Shown piece by piece: positions 28,686 to 39,091 of a DNA stretch of 64,000 nt. The stretch's first letter is position 1, and every line of letters begins with the position of its first letter. Position numbers and translations under genes: made by a program. The stretch comes from Bacteroidota bacterium (GTDB lineage Bacteria; Bacteroidota; Bacteroidia; Chitinophagales; BACL12). Below the pieces are notes generated by a model. It worked only from the letters and a program-made list of their open reading frames with translations, was not told the origin of the DNA and searched no databases. The stretch is from contig JANMLV010000048.1 of NCBI GenBank assembly GCA_031372705.1, forward strand, positions 1,417 to 65,416, in the 5' to 3' direction.

Positions 28686-29219
28686 ATGAAATATTTCGCC
28701 ACACTCGGTTTTGCAGGTATGTTATTTTTAAGTTCTTGCACTTCATACTTAACGCCATATACATCTACCACCCAAACAAAAACTAACTTTGGAGAGGAAC
28801 AATTGAAAAAAGTTCAATTTTATTTGGAAGGTGATATTACCCTTTACCGCGATGTGTCAAACAGTGAAACCGAAATTACTTCCGGTGAAATTAAAATGGT
28901 TGACGGCAAAAAGGTAGAGCAAATAGTAATTAAATCCGGCACACCCGGTGTTATTGTAACTGCCGAAAATAGAGATACCTTTTTAGTGAGTTTCGATGCA
29001 GATGGCAGCTTCCTGCGATTTGGCGTTAATACCGATTATGCCGGAAAATACACCATGATGGCAAAAAAATGGGAAGGAAGAATAGGCATAGTTGATTATG
29101 CAGGTAAGGAATATAAATCTACTCCCGAAAGTATTTATGCTTATTTATCTGTAAACATGGAGAAAATTAATAATACGACTGTTAATAGCAAAGAGGCAGG
29201 GGGGAGAACGATTGAGTAA
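28686..29219 (+). CDS. hypothetical lipoprotein
   Basis: MKYFATLGFAGMLFLSSC lipobox; no recognisable domain. Confidence 0.5.
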   Translation: MKYFATLGFAGMLFLSSCTSYLTPYTSTTQTKTNFGEEQLKKVQFYLEGDITLYRDVSNSETEITSGEIKMVDGKKVEQIVIKSGTPGVIVTAENRDTFLVSFDADGSFLRFGVNTDYAGKYTMMAKKWEGRIGIVDYAGKEYKSTPESIYAYLSVNMEKINNTTVNSKEAGGRTIE

Positions 29220-29389
29220 ATTTCGGCACTAAATCTTACTCTTATTGCTATATTTTAATGTTGACTAGGATTTCGCCTAGTTTGATTAACAAGTCAGGAT
29301 GTAATTTTTTATAGCATCCATATTTCGGCTTATTCATTAAGTTTTGGAGCATATTTTCATGTGGTCCAATTTTTTCCTAACTTTATTCC

Positions 29390-30970
29390 ATGTCAACTAA
29401 AAAATATTCCCTCCCTGACGAAGTGGTTACTTTTACCGATAATTTTAAGGAGTTTGATAGCCGCTATCAAATAAGTATAGAACAGCGAAATTTGATGCCT
29501 GAACTACTTGCAGACATTGATTTTGAAGATGTGATTGCGGCAATAAATACCCTCGAACAATTGTTTCAAGATTACCCTGAAAATGTTTTATACAAAAGCA
29601 TGTTAGCGTTAAATTACTTAAGTAATAAAAATTATAACAAAGCATTCCAATTAGCATCTGAAATATTAGCGGTATATCCTGATTTTTTGGATGCTAAACG
29701 ATGCTTGGCAGGTTATTATAATGCGCATGGTGACACCGAAAAAACTTTCGAATTATTTGGAAAATTTTCAGGATGTATGCTGCTGTTTCCCGATAGAAAA
29801 AGTATTACTTATTCAGAATATTATGCCTATATATCCGCAGCTGTTGAATATTCAATTGCCATAAATGATGAATTTGGTGCGCAGGTATTTTTGGATAATT
29901 TACTTGAAATACCCCAACTGGAATTCTTGTCGTTCCAGTTGCAAGAGCAAATAGATGCCACTTTTGAACCTTCATTCCCGCCACCTCTTTTTGAAGTAAC
30001 AACTACAGCACCGGTTCCTGTTACAATTAAATCTACGCCACCCAATTTTCAGCATGCTGAAACACAACAATTTTATACGTTAGGACTGGAAATGGAGAAT
30101 AGGAAGATTCGAGAATTGCTATCATTGCCTCGGGAATCATTTGCGGCTGATTTACAACTCATGCTCAGCGATTTATTGGAACGATTTAGCTACTTGAGTA
30201 ATTCATCTTCCCCAAACAATCGGTTTATGATGTACCATGCAATGGCTTTTCTTGCAGCCATTGAAGCAGAAGATAAAGTGCCATTTTTATTAAACTTTTT
30301 GAAAAATAACACAGCATTTATAAACTATTGGACTTACCCGGGCGAGTCGCTAGAGTTGTTGCCGGTTTTTACTGTGTTGGGTAAAAATAAAATCGAACAA
30401 TACGAAAAGTTTTTATTTGAACCCGGTATTGATAGTGAAGTTAAAACAATGATTGTTAGTGCCTTGTTCCAAATAGCGCAGCAGTATCCATATAAATATA
30501 CGGAATTGCTTGGTGCTTATAATCGCATATTCGTTAAACTAAATAGTAATTTTGATATAACCAATGTGTTTGACGACGATTTACTTTTAACAATGTGTGA
30601 AGACGCTTTAGAACTCGACAATGAAAATCTTGCACTTGAAGTAAAATTGTTTTTTTATAATAAGCAGTTTAATGGTATTTTTCCTTGCACATTTGAAGAT
30701 ATGCTCACAGATGCAATTGAAGAGTCTAGACGTGATAATAAATTAGAACTAAAAAACATCTATCAATTTTATACTCAAGCGGCCGAACTTGCATTCGATG
30801 ATGAAATATTTGAATCACTTTTAGATGTTTCACCTGATGATGAAATGGAAGAGATTAACTCAGAAGACAGTCTCTTTACTAACATCGGACGCAACGCATT
30901 ATGCCCCTGCGGCAGTGGGAAAAAATTTAAAAGGTGCCATGGTGGGTTGCCGGAAATTGGGAGTAATTGA
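29390..30970 (+). CDS. SEC-C motif protein (helical-repeat N-region, DUF1186-like)
   Basis: C-terminal CPCGSGKKFKRCHG metal-binding SEC-C motif; acidic linker; 526 aa. Confidence 0.7.
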   Translation: MSTKKYSLPDEVVTFTDNFKEFDSRYQISIEQRNLMPELLADIDFEDVIAAINTLEQLFQDYPENVLYKSMLALNYLSNKNYNKAFQLASEILAVYPDFLDAKRCLAGYYNAHGDTEKTFELFGKFSGCMLLFPDRKSITYSEYYAYISAAVEYSIAINDEFGAQVFLDNLLEIPQLEFLSFQLQEQIDATFEPSFPPPLFEVTTTAPVPVTIKSTPPNFQHAETQQFYTLGLEMENRKIRELLSLPRESFAADLQLMLSDLLERFSYLSNSSSPNNRFMMYHAMAFLAAIEAEDKVPFLLNFLKNNTAFINYWTYPGESLELLPVFTVLGKNKIEQYEKFLFEPGIDSEVKTMIVSALFQIAQQYPYKYTELLGAYNRIFVKLNSNFDITNVFDDDLLLTMCEDALELDNENLALEVKLFFYNKQFNGIFPCTFEDMLTDAIEESRRDNKLELKNIYQFYTQAAELAFDDEIFESLLDVSPDDEMEEINSEDSLFTNIGRNALCPCGSGKKFKRCHGGLPEIGSN

Positions 30971-31255
30971 GGTGGAAGGCGAATTAAGTGGGAGGATGTA
31001 ACTTAGGTAGGGTCTAGAATTCTGCTATATTGAATGTTTTAAATTCTGTGTTTGAACACGCTATAGAAATTAGTCCAGTTTGTTAACCACGGTTATTTTT
31101 TTGAATCACCTTTTTTCGCATACTAATAATGCTTACTTCTCAATAAGGTGATTTCGATAGCCGATAATTTTATAGACTTTAGTTAACGATATGGAATAAG
31201 TTAGGTGCAATGTCATTTATTGACTACGCTCGTGATTTGAATATCATCGGCTTTG

Positions 31256-31672
31256 CTAAAATTGAAATACCACAATTCCCAAAGGAATTATAAGAATGAC
31301 AATTATTATTAATCCTATCGAAAATATTTTATCACTTGTTTTCACATGACGATTTTCTGCAAAAAGTCTGTCATCAATTTCGCTAGAACCATTAACCCAC
31401 AATATGTAATCTCTGTTATGTAATTTAATACTTATTTGCCTGAAAATGCGGTCGAATGTATAATACACAAATGGAATACATAAGCAAAAGAAAAAAAATG
31501 GCATATCCGAATCAGGTTTGTAATTAATTTGAATTCCAATAATTCCGATAATACTAAGGCATATACATATTAACCATCTCAATTTAGGATTAGCGGTATT
31601 GCTAATCCTTGTATACATTAAGTAAAAACTTATTCCAAATGCCAAACCAATGCTAAGTAAGATGATGTCCAT
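31256..31672 (-). CDS. hypothetical small membrane protein
   Basis: 138 aa with four predicted hydrophobic helices; no motif recognised. Confidence 0.4.
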   Translation of the reverse strand: MDIILLSIGLAFGISFYLMYTRISNTANPKLRWLICICLSIIGIIGIQINYKPDSDMPFFFFCLCIPFVYYTFDRIFRQISIKLHNRDYILWVNGSSEIDDRLFAENRHVKTSDKIFSIGLIIIVILIIPLGIVVFQF

Positions 31673-31712
31673 TTTAATTTGTTTTGGCCGTTATAAAAAT
31701 AAATACCCGCAC

Positions 31713-32810
31713 TCACATAAACTTCACCTCCGGATAAAACGCATACCACCCAAACCAATAGGCAATAAACCCGTTCATAGGTGTTAATCGCTCCCCTTTT
31801 TTATCGCCTTCAATGCAATAGCCGAATGCATCGTAAATATTGTTTTGCTCATCGCGAAATAAGCCGGGTAATTTGTTGGTTGCCGGAAAATATTTTGCTT
31901 TGGATGGATTTTCAAATGCCGTTATAAAATTATCGCGTTCACTGCCAACAACTATTATTTCTTTTTCGAAAACATTATCGGCAATGATGCGCACGCCACC
32001 TTTAAAATTTGTGAAACGATAGCATTTAGCTTTGTCTTTTTGTATTACGCCAAATAATCTTTCTTTTGGATGTAACGTATCATTTTCAAAAGCAACATCG
32101 AAATAAATTTCTTTGTTCTGCATATAATCACCATAAGGATATTCCGAATAATCGCGTTGCATTCCGGTTTCGGTGCTTACTACTTTGCTTTCAGGAAATA
32201 ATTTTTTCCAGGTTATCCAACTCGTTTCTATGGTTTGAAATGTTTCGGCATAATTATTTGCTAATTCACCATTAACACATAATTGTTTCATTTGACTCCA
32301 TGCTGAACGCGTGGTGCGGTCGTAGGGAATTACATTACTGTTATACAGCATTCCCGAAACACCAAAGTCGGTAAGCTTTCCATTTATTTTCCTGTTCCAT
32401 GCCATACCGGAACCGGTGAGGGGACAATAATTAATGGCAAATTGTTTTCCGTTTATGGCATCATTAACTATTTCATGCCAATTTAAAATATTGTGTGGAT
32501 AGCAATGCACTTCATCGCCAATTTTAACACCAATAACTAAATCTTCATCACTAATAAATGCATCGGCTGCAGCAACAGAAATAAATTTTGGTTCATCAAT
32601 AGAACGAATGCAATCTAATCGGTCGCAACCCGATTCAACACTTTCTAAATCGATTAACCATCTATCGTAAACTTTTTTTTCGGCAACTGCTTCCGGTTGT
32701 TCTTGGTTATTTTCAGTGTTTTTACAACCGGAAATTATAATCAATCCAATCACTGCAAGAACAGAAATAAATTCTGCTGTCGATTTTTTATGATAATTTC
32801 GCGTTCTCAT
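31713..32810 (-). CDS. DUF3179-family lipoprotein
   Basis: Lipobox IISGC; blocks SIDEPKF, DLVIGV.IGDE..CYPHNIL.WHEIVND, NYCPLTGS match my memory of DUF3179. Confidence 0.65.
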   Translation of the reverse strand: MRTRNYHKKSTAEFISVLAVIGLIIISGCKNTENNQEQPEAVAEKKVYDRWLIDLESVESGCDRLDCIRSIDEPKFISVAAADAFISDEDLVIGVKIGDEVHCYPHNILNWHEIVNDAINGKQFAINYCPLTGSGMAWNRKINGKLTDFGVSGMLYNSNVIPYDRTTRSAWSQMKQLCVNGELANNYAETFQTIETSWITWKKLFPESKVVSTETGMQRDYSEYPYGDYMQNKEIYFDVAFENDTLHPKERLFGVIQKDKAKCYRFTNFKGGVRIIADNVFEKEIIVVGSERDNFITAFENPSKAKYFPATNKLPGLFRDEQNNIYDAFGYCIEGDKKGERLTPMNGFIAYWFGWYAFYPEVKFM

Positions 32811-32838
32811 TCTATTGCAAATTTAATTCGACTTTTTT

Positions 32839-33429
32839 ATGAATACTACTATAAATAGCCTAAATCATATTATTCGCCATCGCCGTTCCATAAAGCCTGA
32901 ACGCTATACAGGTGTTGCCGTTAGCGATGAAATTGTGCACGAAATGCTTGAAAATGCTCGTTGGGCGCCAACACATGCACTAACTGAGCCTTGGCGCTTT
33001 TTCGTTTTTACAGGCGATGGGCTGCAAAAATTCGCCCATTTTCAATCTGAATTGTACAAAACTATTACGCCTTCAGAACAGTTCAATGAAAACAAATACA
33101 ACGGATTACGCAACACACCATTAAAAGCATCCCATATCATTTTGATAGGCATGAGTCGCCAAGAAACCCAAAAATTGCCTGTAATGGAGGAAATTGCTGC
33201 GGTATCATGTGCAGTTCAAAATATGATGCTGACTGCCACAGCGCATGGTATTGGTTCCTATTGGAGCACAAGTGGCGTAGTATTTAAACCCGAAATGAAA
33301 ACATTTTTGGGTTTAGGAGAAAACGATCAGTGCATGGGAATGTTGTACATTGGCAATTATAATGGCGAAGTAATTGATTCCACCAGAAAGCCGATTGCTG
33401 AAAAATCGAGTTGGATTGCATCCAATTAA
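32839..33429 (+). CDS. nitroreductase-family protein
   Basis: RRSIK..Y, APTHALTEPWRF, AVQNMMLTATAHGIGSYW; 196 aa. Confidence 0.85.
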   Translation: MNTTINSLNHIIRHRRSIKPERYTGVAVSDEIVHEMLENARWAPTHALTEPWRFFVFTGDGLQKFAHFQSELYKTITPSEQFNENKYNGLRNTPLKASHIILIGMSRQETQKLPVMEEIAAVSCAVQNMMLTATAHGIGSYWSTSGVVFKPEMKTFLGLGENDQCMGMLYIGNYNGEVIDSTRKPIAEKSSWIASN

Positions 33430-33632
33430 TTTATTGCAATTGCCAAAGTAGTCATGTTTTTCAGGCTGATACTTTCGCCCGGTATGTAAAAGATTTATTA
33501 CCTAAAATTATAATTTGAAGTGTTAAACCTACGTTTACAAGCCTATTGTGAACATCAATGGGCGCAGAAAAGCGAATTATTTGCTTAATTTTACCCCTTA
33601 TTCAGGAAATCTAAACTGATATCAAATCTAAG

Positions 33633-34346
33633 ATGAAAAAAATACTAACATTTATAGGGGTTCTGGCATTAGCAGGCTCCATGTTTGCACAAACTGATTC
33701 AACTGCTGCGGCCAACCAAGTAGATTTTGAAGATGATGATCCATCTCGCGACCGCATAATTATGAATGTGCATTGGGATGGCTGGTTAGGTGCTCCTGAT
33801 TCTTTAAACGTGAAAGGGCTTTCAAGTGGAATGGGATTTCATTTCTTTTATGATATTCCATTAGGTAGCGACAATGTTAGTTTTGCCATAGGCGCCGGTT
33901 TTAACTGGTCTAACTATTATAACAATTCTTATTTTGGATATGACACGGCTCAAAACACAATCCCATATCAGTACGATGATACCGTTCAGGTTTCAAAAAA
34001 TAAATTGGTAATTAATTACGTGGAAGTGCCTTTAGAATTTCGCTTCCGCACCGACGAGAAAAATGGCAACCGTTTTAAAGCTGCCATCGGTTTTAAAGCA
34101 GGTTATGTAATTAGTAATCACACTAAATATGTTGGCGACGATTATATTTCCGGTTCAGGCGATGAAATTAAATACAAGCAATATCGTATTAAAAACATGA
34201 CTAACTTACAGTATGGTCCAACAATACGTTTAGGGTATTCAAAAATAAATATCGAAGCATATTATGGCTTGGCACCAATATTTATTGATGGGGAAGGTCC
34301 AAGCGGAAACCCAATAACAGTGGGTATTTCATTTAATCCATTCTGA
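33633..34346 (+). CDS. outer-membrane beta-barrel protein (porin/PorT-like family)
   Basis: Signal peptide, alternating beta-strand pattern, C-terminal aromatic residue (ISFNPF). Confidence 0.6.
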   Translation: MKKILTFIGVLALAGSMFAQTDSTAAANQVDFEDDDPSRDRIIMNVHWDGWLGAPDSLNVKGLSSGMGFHFFYDIPLGSDNVSFAIGAGFNWSNYYNNSYFGYDTAQNTIPYQYDDTVQVSKNKLVINYVEVPLEFRFRTDEKNGNRFKAAIGFKAGYVISNHTKYVGDDYISGSGDEIKYKQYRIKNMTNLQYGPTIRLGYSKINIEAYYGLAPIFIDGEGPSGNPITVGISFNPF

Positions 34347-34369
34347 TTATTGCAAAGATGTTAACAGAG

Positions 34370-34398
34370 TCCCTCCGCATGTAAACGGGGGGATTTTT
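34370..34398 (+). terminator. rho-independent terminator after the OMP gene
   Basis: tccctccg-catgtaaa-cgggggga followed by a T5 run. Confidence 0.7.
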
Positions 34399-34417
34399 AT
34401 TTTTATAGTAACAACAA

Positions 34418-35410
34418 GTGAAAGAACTAGACCAATTAACTGCCGAACAATTTTTTCAAGGCATTCGCTCCGGTGATCGCGTGCTGATGGCACGTGCAAT
34501 TACTTTGCTCGAAAGCGCTGCTGCTGCACATAGAAACAAAGCATTGGAAATATTGGAAAAATGTTTGCCATTTTCCGGCAATGCATTGCGCATTGGAATT
34601 ACCGGTGCTCCCGGCGTTGGAAAAAGTTCTTTTATTGAAACATTAGGTAACCATATAGTTGATGAAAATAAACAACTGGCTGTATTAGCCGTCGACCCAA
34701 GCAGCAAAAAATCGAAGGGAAGTATCTTGGGCGATAAAACGCGGATGCAGGAGCTATCTAAAAGGTCGTCGGTTTTTATCAGGCCTACTGCATCAGGTGA
34801 ACATTATGGTGGTATTGCAGCCGCTACGCGAGAAACTATCGTGTTGCTGGAGGCAGCGGGATTTGATACCATATTGGTTGAAACTGTTGGGGTTGGACAA
34901 AGTGAAACTGCAGTTCATGATATTACCGATGTGTTTGTGCTGCTTTTAATAGCCGGTGCCGGCGACGAACTGCAAGGTATTAAACGGGGCATAATGGAGA
35001 TGGCCGATATCATTGCCATTAATAAGGCAGATGGCGATAATACTGAGCGTGCTCAAATAGCTTTGGGTGATGTTCGCCGTGCATTGCATTTATTTCAACT
35101 AAAAGATTCGGGGTGGAATACCACTGTTGAAACATGTTCCGCTCTAACTGCAAAAGGAATTCCGGAAATGTGGCAAAGTATTAAAAAATACCACCAACAC
35201 GTTGTAGAAAATGGCTATTTTCAACGCAATCGCAAGCAACAATATATGCAGTGGTTTAACGAATATCTTAACATTTCACTCATCAACCACTTTAATCAAA
35301 ATGATGAATTTAAAGCTGCATTTCAACACTACAGCTCAAAAGTAGAACAAGCTGAAATGCTTCCTCCTGTTGCTGTTCAAGCATTATTAAGCAAAGTATT
35401 CACGCGTTAA
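34418..35410 (+). CDS. meaB: methylmalonyl-CoA mutase-associated GTPase MeaB/ArgK
   Basis: GITGAPGVGKSSFI, VETVGVGQSE, NKADG; GTG start. Confidence 0.9.
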   Translation: MKELDQLTAEQFFQGIRSGDRVLMARAITLLESAAAAHRNKALEILEKCLPFSGNALRIGITGAPGVGKSSFIETLGNHIVDENKQLAVLAVDPSSKKSKGSILGDKTRMQELSKRSSVFIRPTASGEHYGGIAAATRETIVLLEAAGFDTILVETVGVGQSETAVHDITDVFVLLLIAGAGDELQGIKRGIMEMADIIAINKADGDNTERAQIALGDVRRALHLFQLKDSGWNTTVETCSALTAKGIPEMWQSIKKYHQHVVENGYFQRNRKQQYMQWFNEYLNISLINHFNQNDEFKAAFQHYSSKVEQAEMLPPVAVQALLSKVFTR

Positions 35411-35515
35411 TTGAATTAAATTTCCTTTCTTGTATTGACCAAAGTCACCATTTCCTTTGACTCAGGTCATACTTTTTATTTTGTGTATAGGGACATCTTT
35501 ACAACACAAAATCAC

Positions 35516-35716
35516 ATGACTATGAACTTAAATCCAAATTTAAATTTTAACGAAATTATTATCAGATATGCGATATTAATTGTCATCGGAATTATGGCAG
35601 GCGTTTTTCAAAACTTCTTCTTAATTATTCCGGCAATGGCAGTTTTCTTAACAGCAGTGTTAGGATGGTGCCCAATTAAAGCATTCATGAGCAACAATCA
35701 CACTGTTGCACATTAA
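35516..35716 (+). CDS. DUF2892 (YgaP-like) small membrane protein
   Basis: Two TM helices and the GWCP motif (VLGWCPIKAF). The start is taken at an internal ATG of the 35435 ORF. Confidence 0.6.
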   Translation: MTMNLNPNLNFNEIIIRYAILIVIGIMAGVFQNFFLIIPAMAVFLTAVLGWCPIKAFMSNNHTVAH

Positions 35717-35801
35717 CGATTGTTTTGCAACACAAGAGCACTTTGCACTTAAATGCAAATGTGACTTACGGTTGTCTTTTCTTTGAGTATGCCTGAAAAA
35801 A

Positions 35802-35834
35802 ATGGTCTGTCTTCCGACAGGCCATTTTATTTTG
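35802..35834 (+). terminator. rho-independent terminator
   Basis: atggtctgtc-ttcc-gacaggccat followed by ttttatttt. Confidence 0.75.
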
Positions 35835-35862
35835 TACAAAATTCCCGTAATTTGTCTGCAAT

Positions 35863-37005
35863 ATGGACATCTCATACATTTTAAACATTTTGGGTGAAGA
35901 GCGCGAAAACTATTACAATGCTGTAGCACCGCCAATTATTCAAACCAGCAATTTTGCATTTAAAACCGTTGCCGATTTTCGCGAAGCAACTAAAGATGAA
36001 TTGCACGCACATTTATATACACGTGGTAACAACCCAACAACTGAAATTGTAAGAAAAAAGATTGCTGCTTTAGAAGGAACCGACGATTGTCTTATTTTTT
36101 CAAGCGGTGCTGCAGCTATTGCCGCGGCTATATTTCATAGTGTTAAATCGGGCGACCATGTAATTTGTGTAGAAAGTCCTTATAGCTGGACTTATTACAT
36201 GCTTACACAAGTTTTTCCAAAATACGGGGTTACCACAACTTTTGTTGACGGAAAGCACTTGGCAAATTTTGAAAATGCAATTCAAGAAAACACCAGATTA
36301 ATATTTTTGGAAAGTCCGAACACATTTTGGTTCGATTTGCAGGATTTAGAAGCGGTATGTAATTTGGCTAAATCGAAAAATATTGTGACCGCAATCGATA
36401 ACAGTTATTGCACGCCATTATATCAACAAGCGCATAAATTAGGGGTTGATTTAGTTATACATACCGCAACAAAATATCTCGCAGGGCATAGTGATGTTGT
36501 ATCCGGTGTAATTTGCGCAAATCAGGAACATATTAATGCCATTTTTAAAACTGAGTTTATGGCAATCGGTGCAATTCCTTCACCCAATGATGCTTGGTTA
36601 TTATTGCGTGGTATGCGCACACTTCCTATGCGGTTGGAGAAAAGTGTGTCTAACGCTGAAAAATTAATTGCGTGGATGGAACATCATCCTAAAGTGGAAA
36701 AAATAATTTATCCATTTCATCATAGTCACCCACAATTTGAATTAGCCAAAAAACAAATGAAACGAGGCGGAGGATTATTTGCTGTTTTATTAAAAACAAA
36801 TAGTAAAGATGCTATAGAAGCATTTTGTAATAAGTTGCAGCGATTTTTGCTGGCCGTTTCTTGGGGAGGATATGAATCGCTGGTATTTCCGGCTTGTATA
36901 AAAGAAGGAAATGATTATCCGGTAAATTTTGTGCGCTTTTATGCAGGATTAGAAGAAGTTGAAGTATTAATTGCAGATATTGATCAAGCCTTATCGGAAA
37001 TTTGA
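35863..37005 (+). CDS. Cys/Met-metabolism PLP enzyme (cystathionine beta-lyase / gamma-synthase family)
   Basis: 380 aa; PLP-lysine block HTATKYLAGHSDVV; family-typical YTRGNNPT and ESPNT blocks. Confidence 0.85.
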   Translation: MDISYILNILGEERENYYNAVAPPIIQTSNFAFKTVADFREATKDELHAHLYTRGNNPTTEIVRKKIAALEGTDDCLIFSSGAAAIAAAIFHSVKSGDHVICVESPYSWTYYMLTQVFPKYGVTTTFVDGKHLANFENAIQENTRLIFLESPNTFWFDLQDLEAVCNLAKSKNIVTAIDNSYCTPLYQQAHKLGVDLVIHTATKYLAGHSDVVSGVICANQEHINAIFKTEFMAIGAIPSPNDAWLLLRGMRTLPMRLEKSVSNAEKLIAWMEHHPKVEKIIYPFHHSHPQFELAKKQMKRGGGLFAVLLKTNSKDAIEAFCNKLQRFLLAVSWGGYESLVFPACIKEGNDYPVNFVRFYAGLEEVEVLIADIDQALSEI

Positions 37006-37664
37006 AAGATGCTCGATTTGCTAAACAACTGAAAATATAATAATGTAAAAAATGTAGCAAACACGAGGCTTAGCGAACCCATTTGCAACATAGCATTATT
37101 GTCGTTCAACAATTGTAAAAATTCTTGTGTGAGGGTTGATGGGTTAGTAATTATTTCCCAGCTGTTCCACCTTTCGTATCTACCCAAATAAATACCTATT
37201 CCACAGCTGAAAAAGGCTATAAATATAACAGCTGCATTTACCCATTTGCTTTTGTTGACAAGTAATTTGCGATGCAGTTTTCTAAATGCAAAAAATGTGA
37301 GCATCATACCGGTGTATGCAAAAGAAAGTAACATGATTAAATCGTACCACATGGGTACTGAATTAAATTCATGTAAGTGAAATATATCGGTTAGCATATA
37401 TGGTGCATTAGGGAAAAATATAAACCACAAAAAAAACAAACAGCCAATTTGAAAGCGATTATTTTTGGTGTCAAGTTTTACGATGCGCAATACTAATAAA
37501 TAGGGTATCCAGGCGAGGAATAAATTAATACCCATAAATCGATATTCAAAACTATCGGTATAAAGCATACGCACAATTAATAGCAAAAAACAAAAGGAGC
37601 TGAATAATAACAATTGTTTCTTTTCGCTGCCCGCATACGGAGAATTTAAATGAACAATTTTCAT
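36984..37664 (-). CDS. DUF1361-family membrane protein
   Basis: Polytopic; NLFLAWIPY and FFPNAPYMLTDIFHL blocks. Its 3' end overlaps the convergent PLP-enzyme gene by 22 nt. Confidence 0.6.
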   Translation of the reverse strand: MKIVHLNSPYAGSEKKQLLLFSSFCFLLLIVRMLYTDSFEYRFMGINLFLAWIPYLLVLRIVKLDTKNNRFQIGCLFFLWFIFFPNAPYMLTDIFHLHEFNSVPMWYDLIMLLSFAYTGMMLTFFAFRKLHRKLLVNKSKWVNAAVIFIAFFSCGIGIYLGRYERWNSWEIITNPSTLTQEFLQLLNDNNAMLQMGSLSLVFATFFTLLYFQLFSKSSIFQISDKA

Positions 37665-37665
37665 A

Positions 37666-38016
37666 TTAAAATATTTTTGGGATAAATATGATACTACCAA
37701 TTATAACAGCAATGCCTGCGCAAAGTAGAACTGCGCCTGCAGCTAGGTCTTTCACCAATCCTATTTGTTTATGTTGCTCGGGATGCACTACATCACAAAG
37801 TTTTTCTAAAGCCGTATTAAATGCTTCGGCACCAATAACAAGTGCAATAGCAATGCATATCAGCATCCAATCGGTTGATGAAATATGTAGAATAAAACCT
37901 GCAGCAATTACAACTATTGTAATAAGTAAATGCACTTGAGCATGCCGTTCGGTTTTAAATAAATAAATTAATCCCCGAAAGGCATCACCAAAACTTTTTG
38001 CTTCCTTTTTTAACAT
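37666..38016 (-). CDS. dgkA: diacylglycerol kinase (prokaryotic DgkA family)
   Basis: AFRGLIYLFKTERHAQVHL, VIGAEAFNTALEKLCD, three TM helices. The start is taken at MLKKEAKSF. Confidence 0.85.
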   Translation of the reverse strand: MLKKEAKSFGDAFRGLIYLFKTERHAQVHLLITIVVIAAGFILHISSTDWMLICIAIALVIGAEAFNTALEKLCDVVHPEQHKQIGLVKDLAAGAVLLCAGIAVIIGSIIFIPKIF

Positions 38017-38020
38017 CTGA

Positions 38021-39040
38021 CTATTTGGTTTTATTTTTTGGAGATGTAGTACTTTTGAATTCATAATAACCAATAATGCCTAAATGATTGCTGGTTGTTC
38101 CACCTTGGGTGTTAAATTTTTCGCAGGTTATTGATGAGGAGTGAAAAATATAATCAATCGGAATTTGTAAAGGTGATTGTGCCGGATATGTTGCCGATAA
38201 ATCTTTACGACTATCTTTTAATTTGGTGGTATTTAATAATGATGTTACTTGTTCGCTCCAAGGAACGGCATTCATATCTCCCATAACTATTAGCGGACCT
38301 GTTATTTTATTTGCTTCGTCGGCAATAAATTTAAATTGTTTTACCTGAGCTTGAAAGTCTTTATCGTTTGTGGGTGTGCTGGTTGTTGCTGCAATAAAGT
38401 GCAGTGTATCAGCATTAATAATTATTATTCCGGTTAACAATGGAAAATCGTGCGAAGCAATAACAGCTTTAGATTCAATTGGATATTTGGAGTAAACTGC
38501 CATGCCGAACCCGGTATAACTTAATTCACTTAATGCATAGGGATATTTTTGGCGCATTATAGGGTCAACTATTGCAAATGAATTTTCTTTTAATTCTTGC
38601 ATTGATACAATATCGGCATCCGATGCCAATGCAGCATCGGCAACAGAAGCTATTTTTTTATTATTTTCTTTTACATTAAAATGTAAAACTGAGAAATCGC
38701 TAATAACAGTTTCATTTTTTTCTGCTTTTTTGGTTGATGGCAACTCACCGGCTGTTTTAAAATATGGCCAAATACCGGGAGCTAAAATAAGCAGGGCAAT
38801 TGCACCGGCCGATGCCAAAGCATAATTATTGCGCAAAAAGAAAAATGTGACAAATACCACTAAAAAAACGGCGTAGGGAATGCGCAAGCTGTCGGCAGCG
38901 GAAACAATCCAACCCGGCTCAATTACTAAAATTGTGCTGAAAATGATAATTAGTGCAGCAATTATTGCTCTAAACGTAAACATTTCTACCCAGCGCCAAA
39001 ACAATTGGAAACCTGCTTTTATTTGCCCTAACAATTTCAT
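38021..39040 (-). CDS. membrane-anchored endonuclease/exonuclease/phosphatase (EEP) family protein
   Basis: Three N-terminal TM helices, then EEP blocks (VLHFNV, SMQEL, GDMNAVPWS, IDYIFHS, SNHLGI). Confidence 0.75.
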   Translation of the reverse strand: MKLLGQIKAGFQLFWRWVEMFTFRAIIAALIIIFSTILVIEPGWIVSAADSLRIPYAVFLVVFVTFFFLRNNYALASAGAIALLILAPGIWPYFKTAGELPSTKKAEKNETVISDFSVLHFNVKENNKKIASVADAALASDADIVSMQELKENSFAIVDPIMRQKYPYALSELSYTGFGMAVYSKYPIESKAVIASHDFPLLTGIIIINADTLHFIAATTSTPTNDKDFQAQVKQFKFIADEANKITGPLIVMGDMNAVPWSEQVTSLLNTTKLKDSRKDLSATYPAQSPLQIPIDYIFHSSSITCEKFNTQGGTTSNHLGIIGYYEFKSTTSPKNKTK

Positions 39041-39091
39041 AAGTGTAAAGATAAAAAAGAACTTTGAATTACAAAGTAAAATTAAGAAACA

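Noticed and set aside
36984-37005. 22-nt convergent overlap of the PLP-enzyme and DUF1361 genes as a possible regulatory antisense arrangement
   Set aside because: Short 3'-end overlaps are common in compact genomes, and no additional structure is seen.
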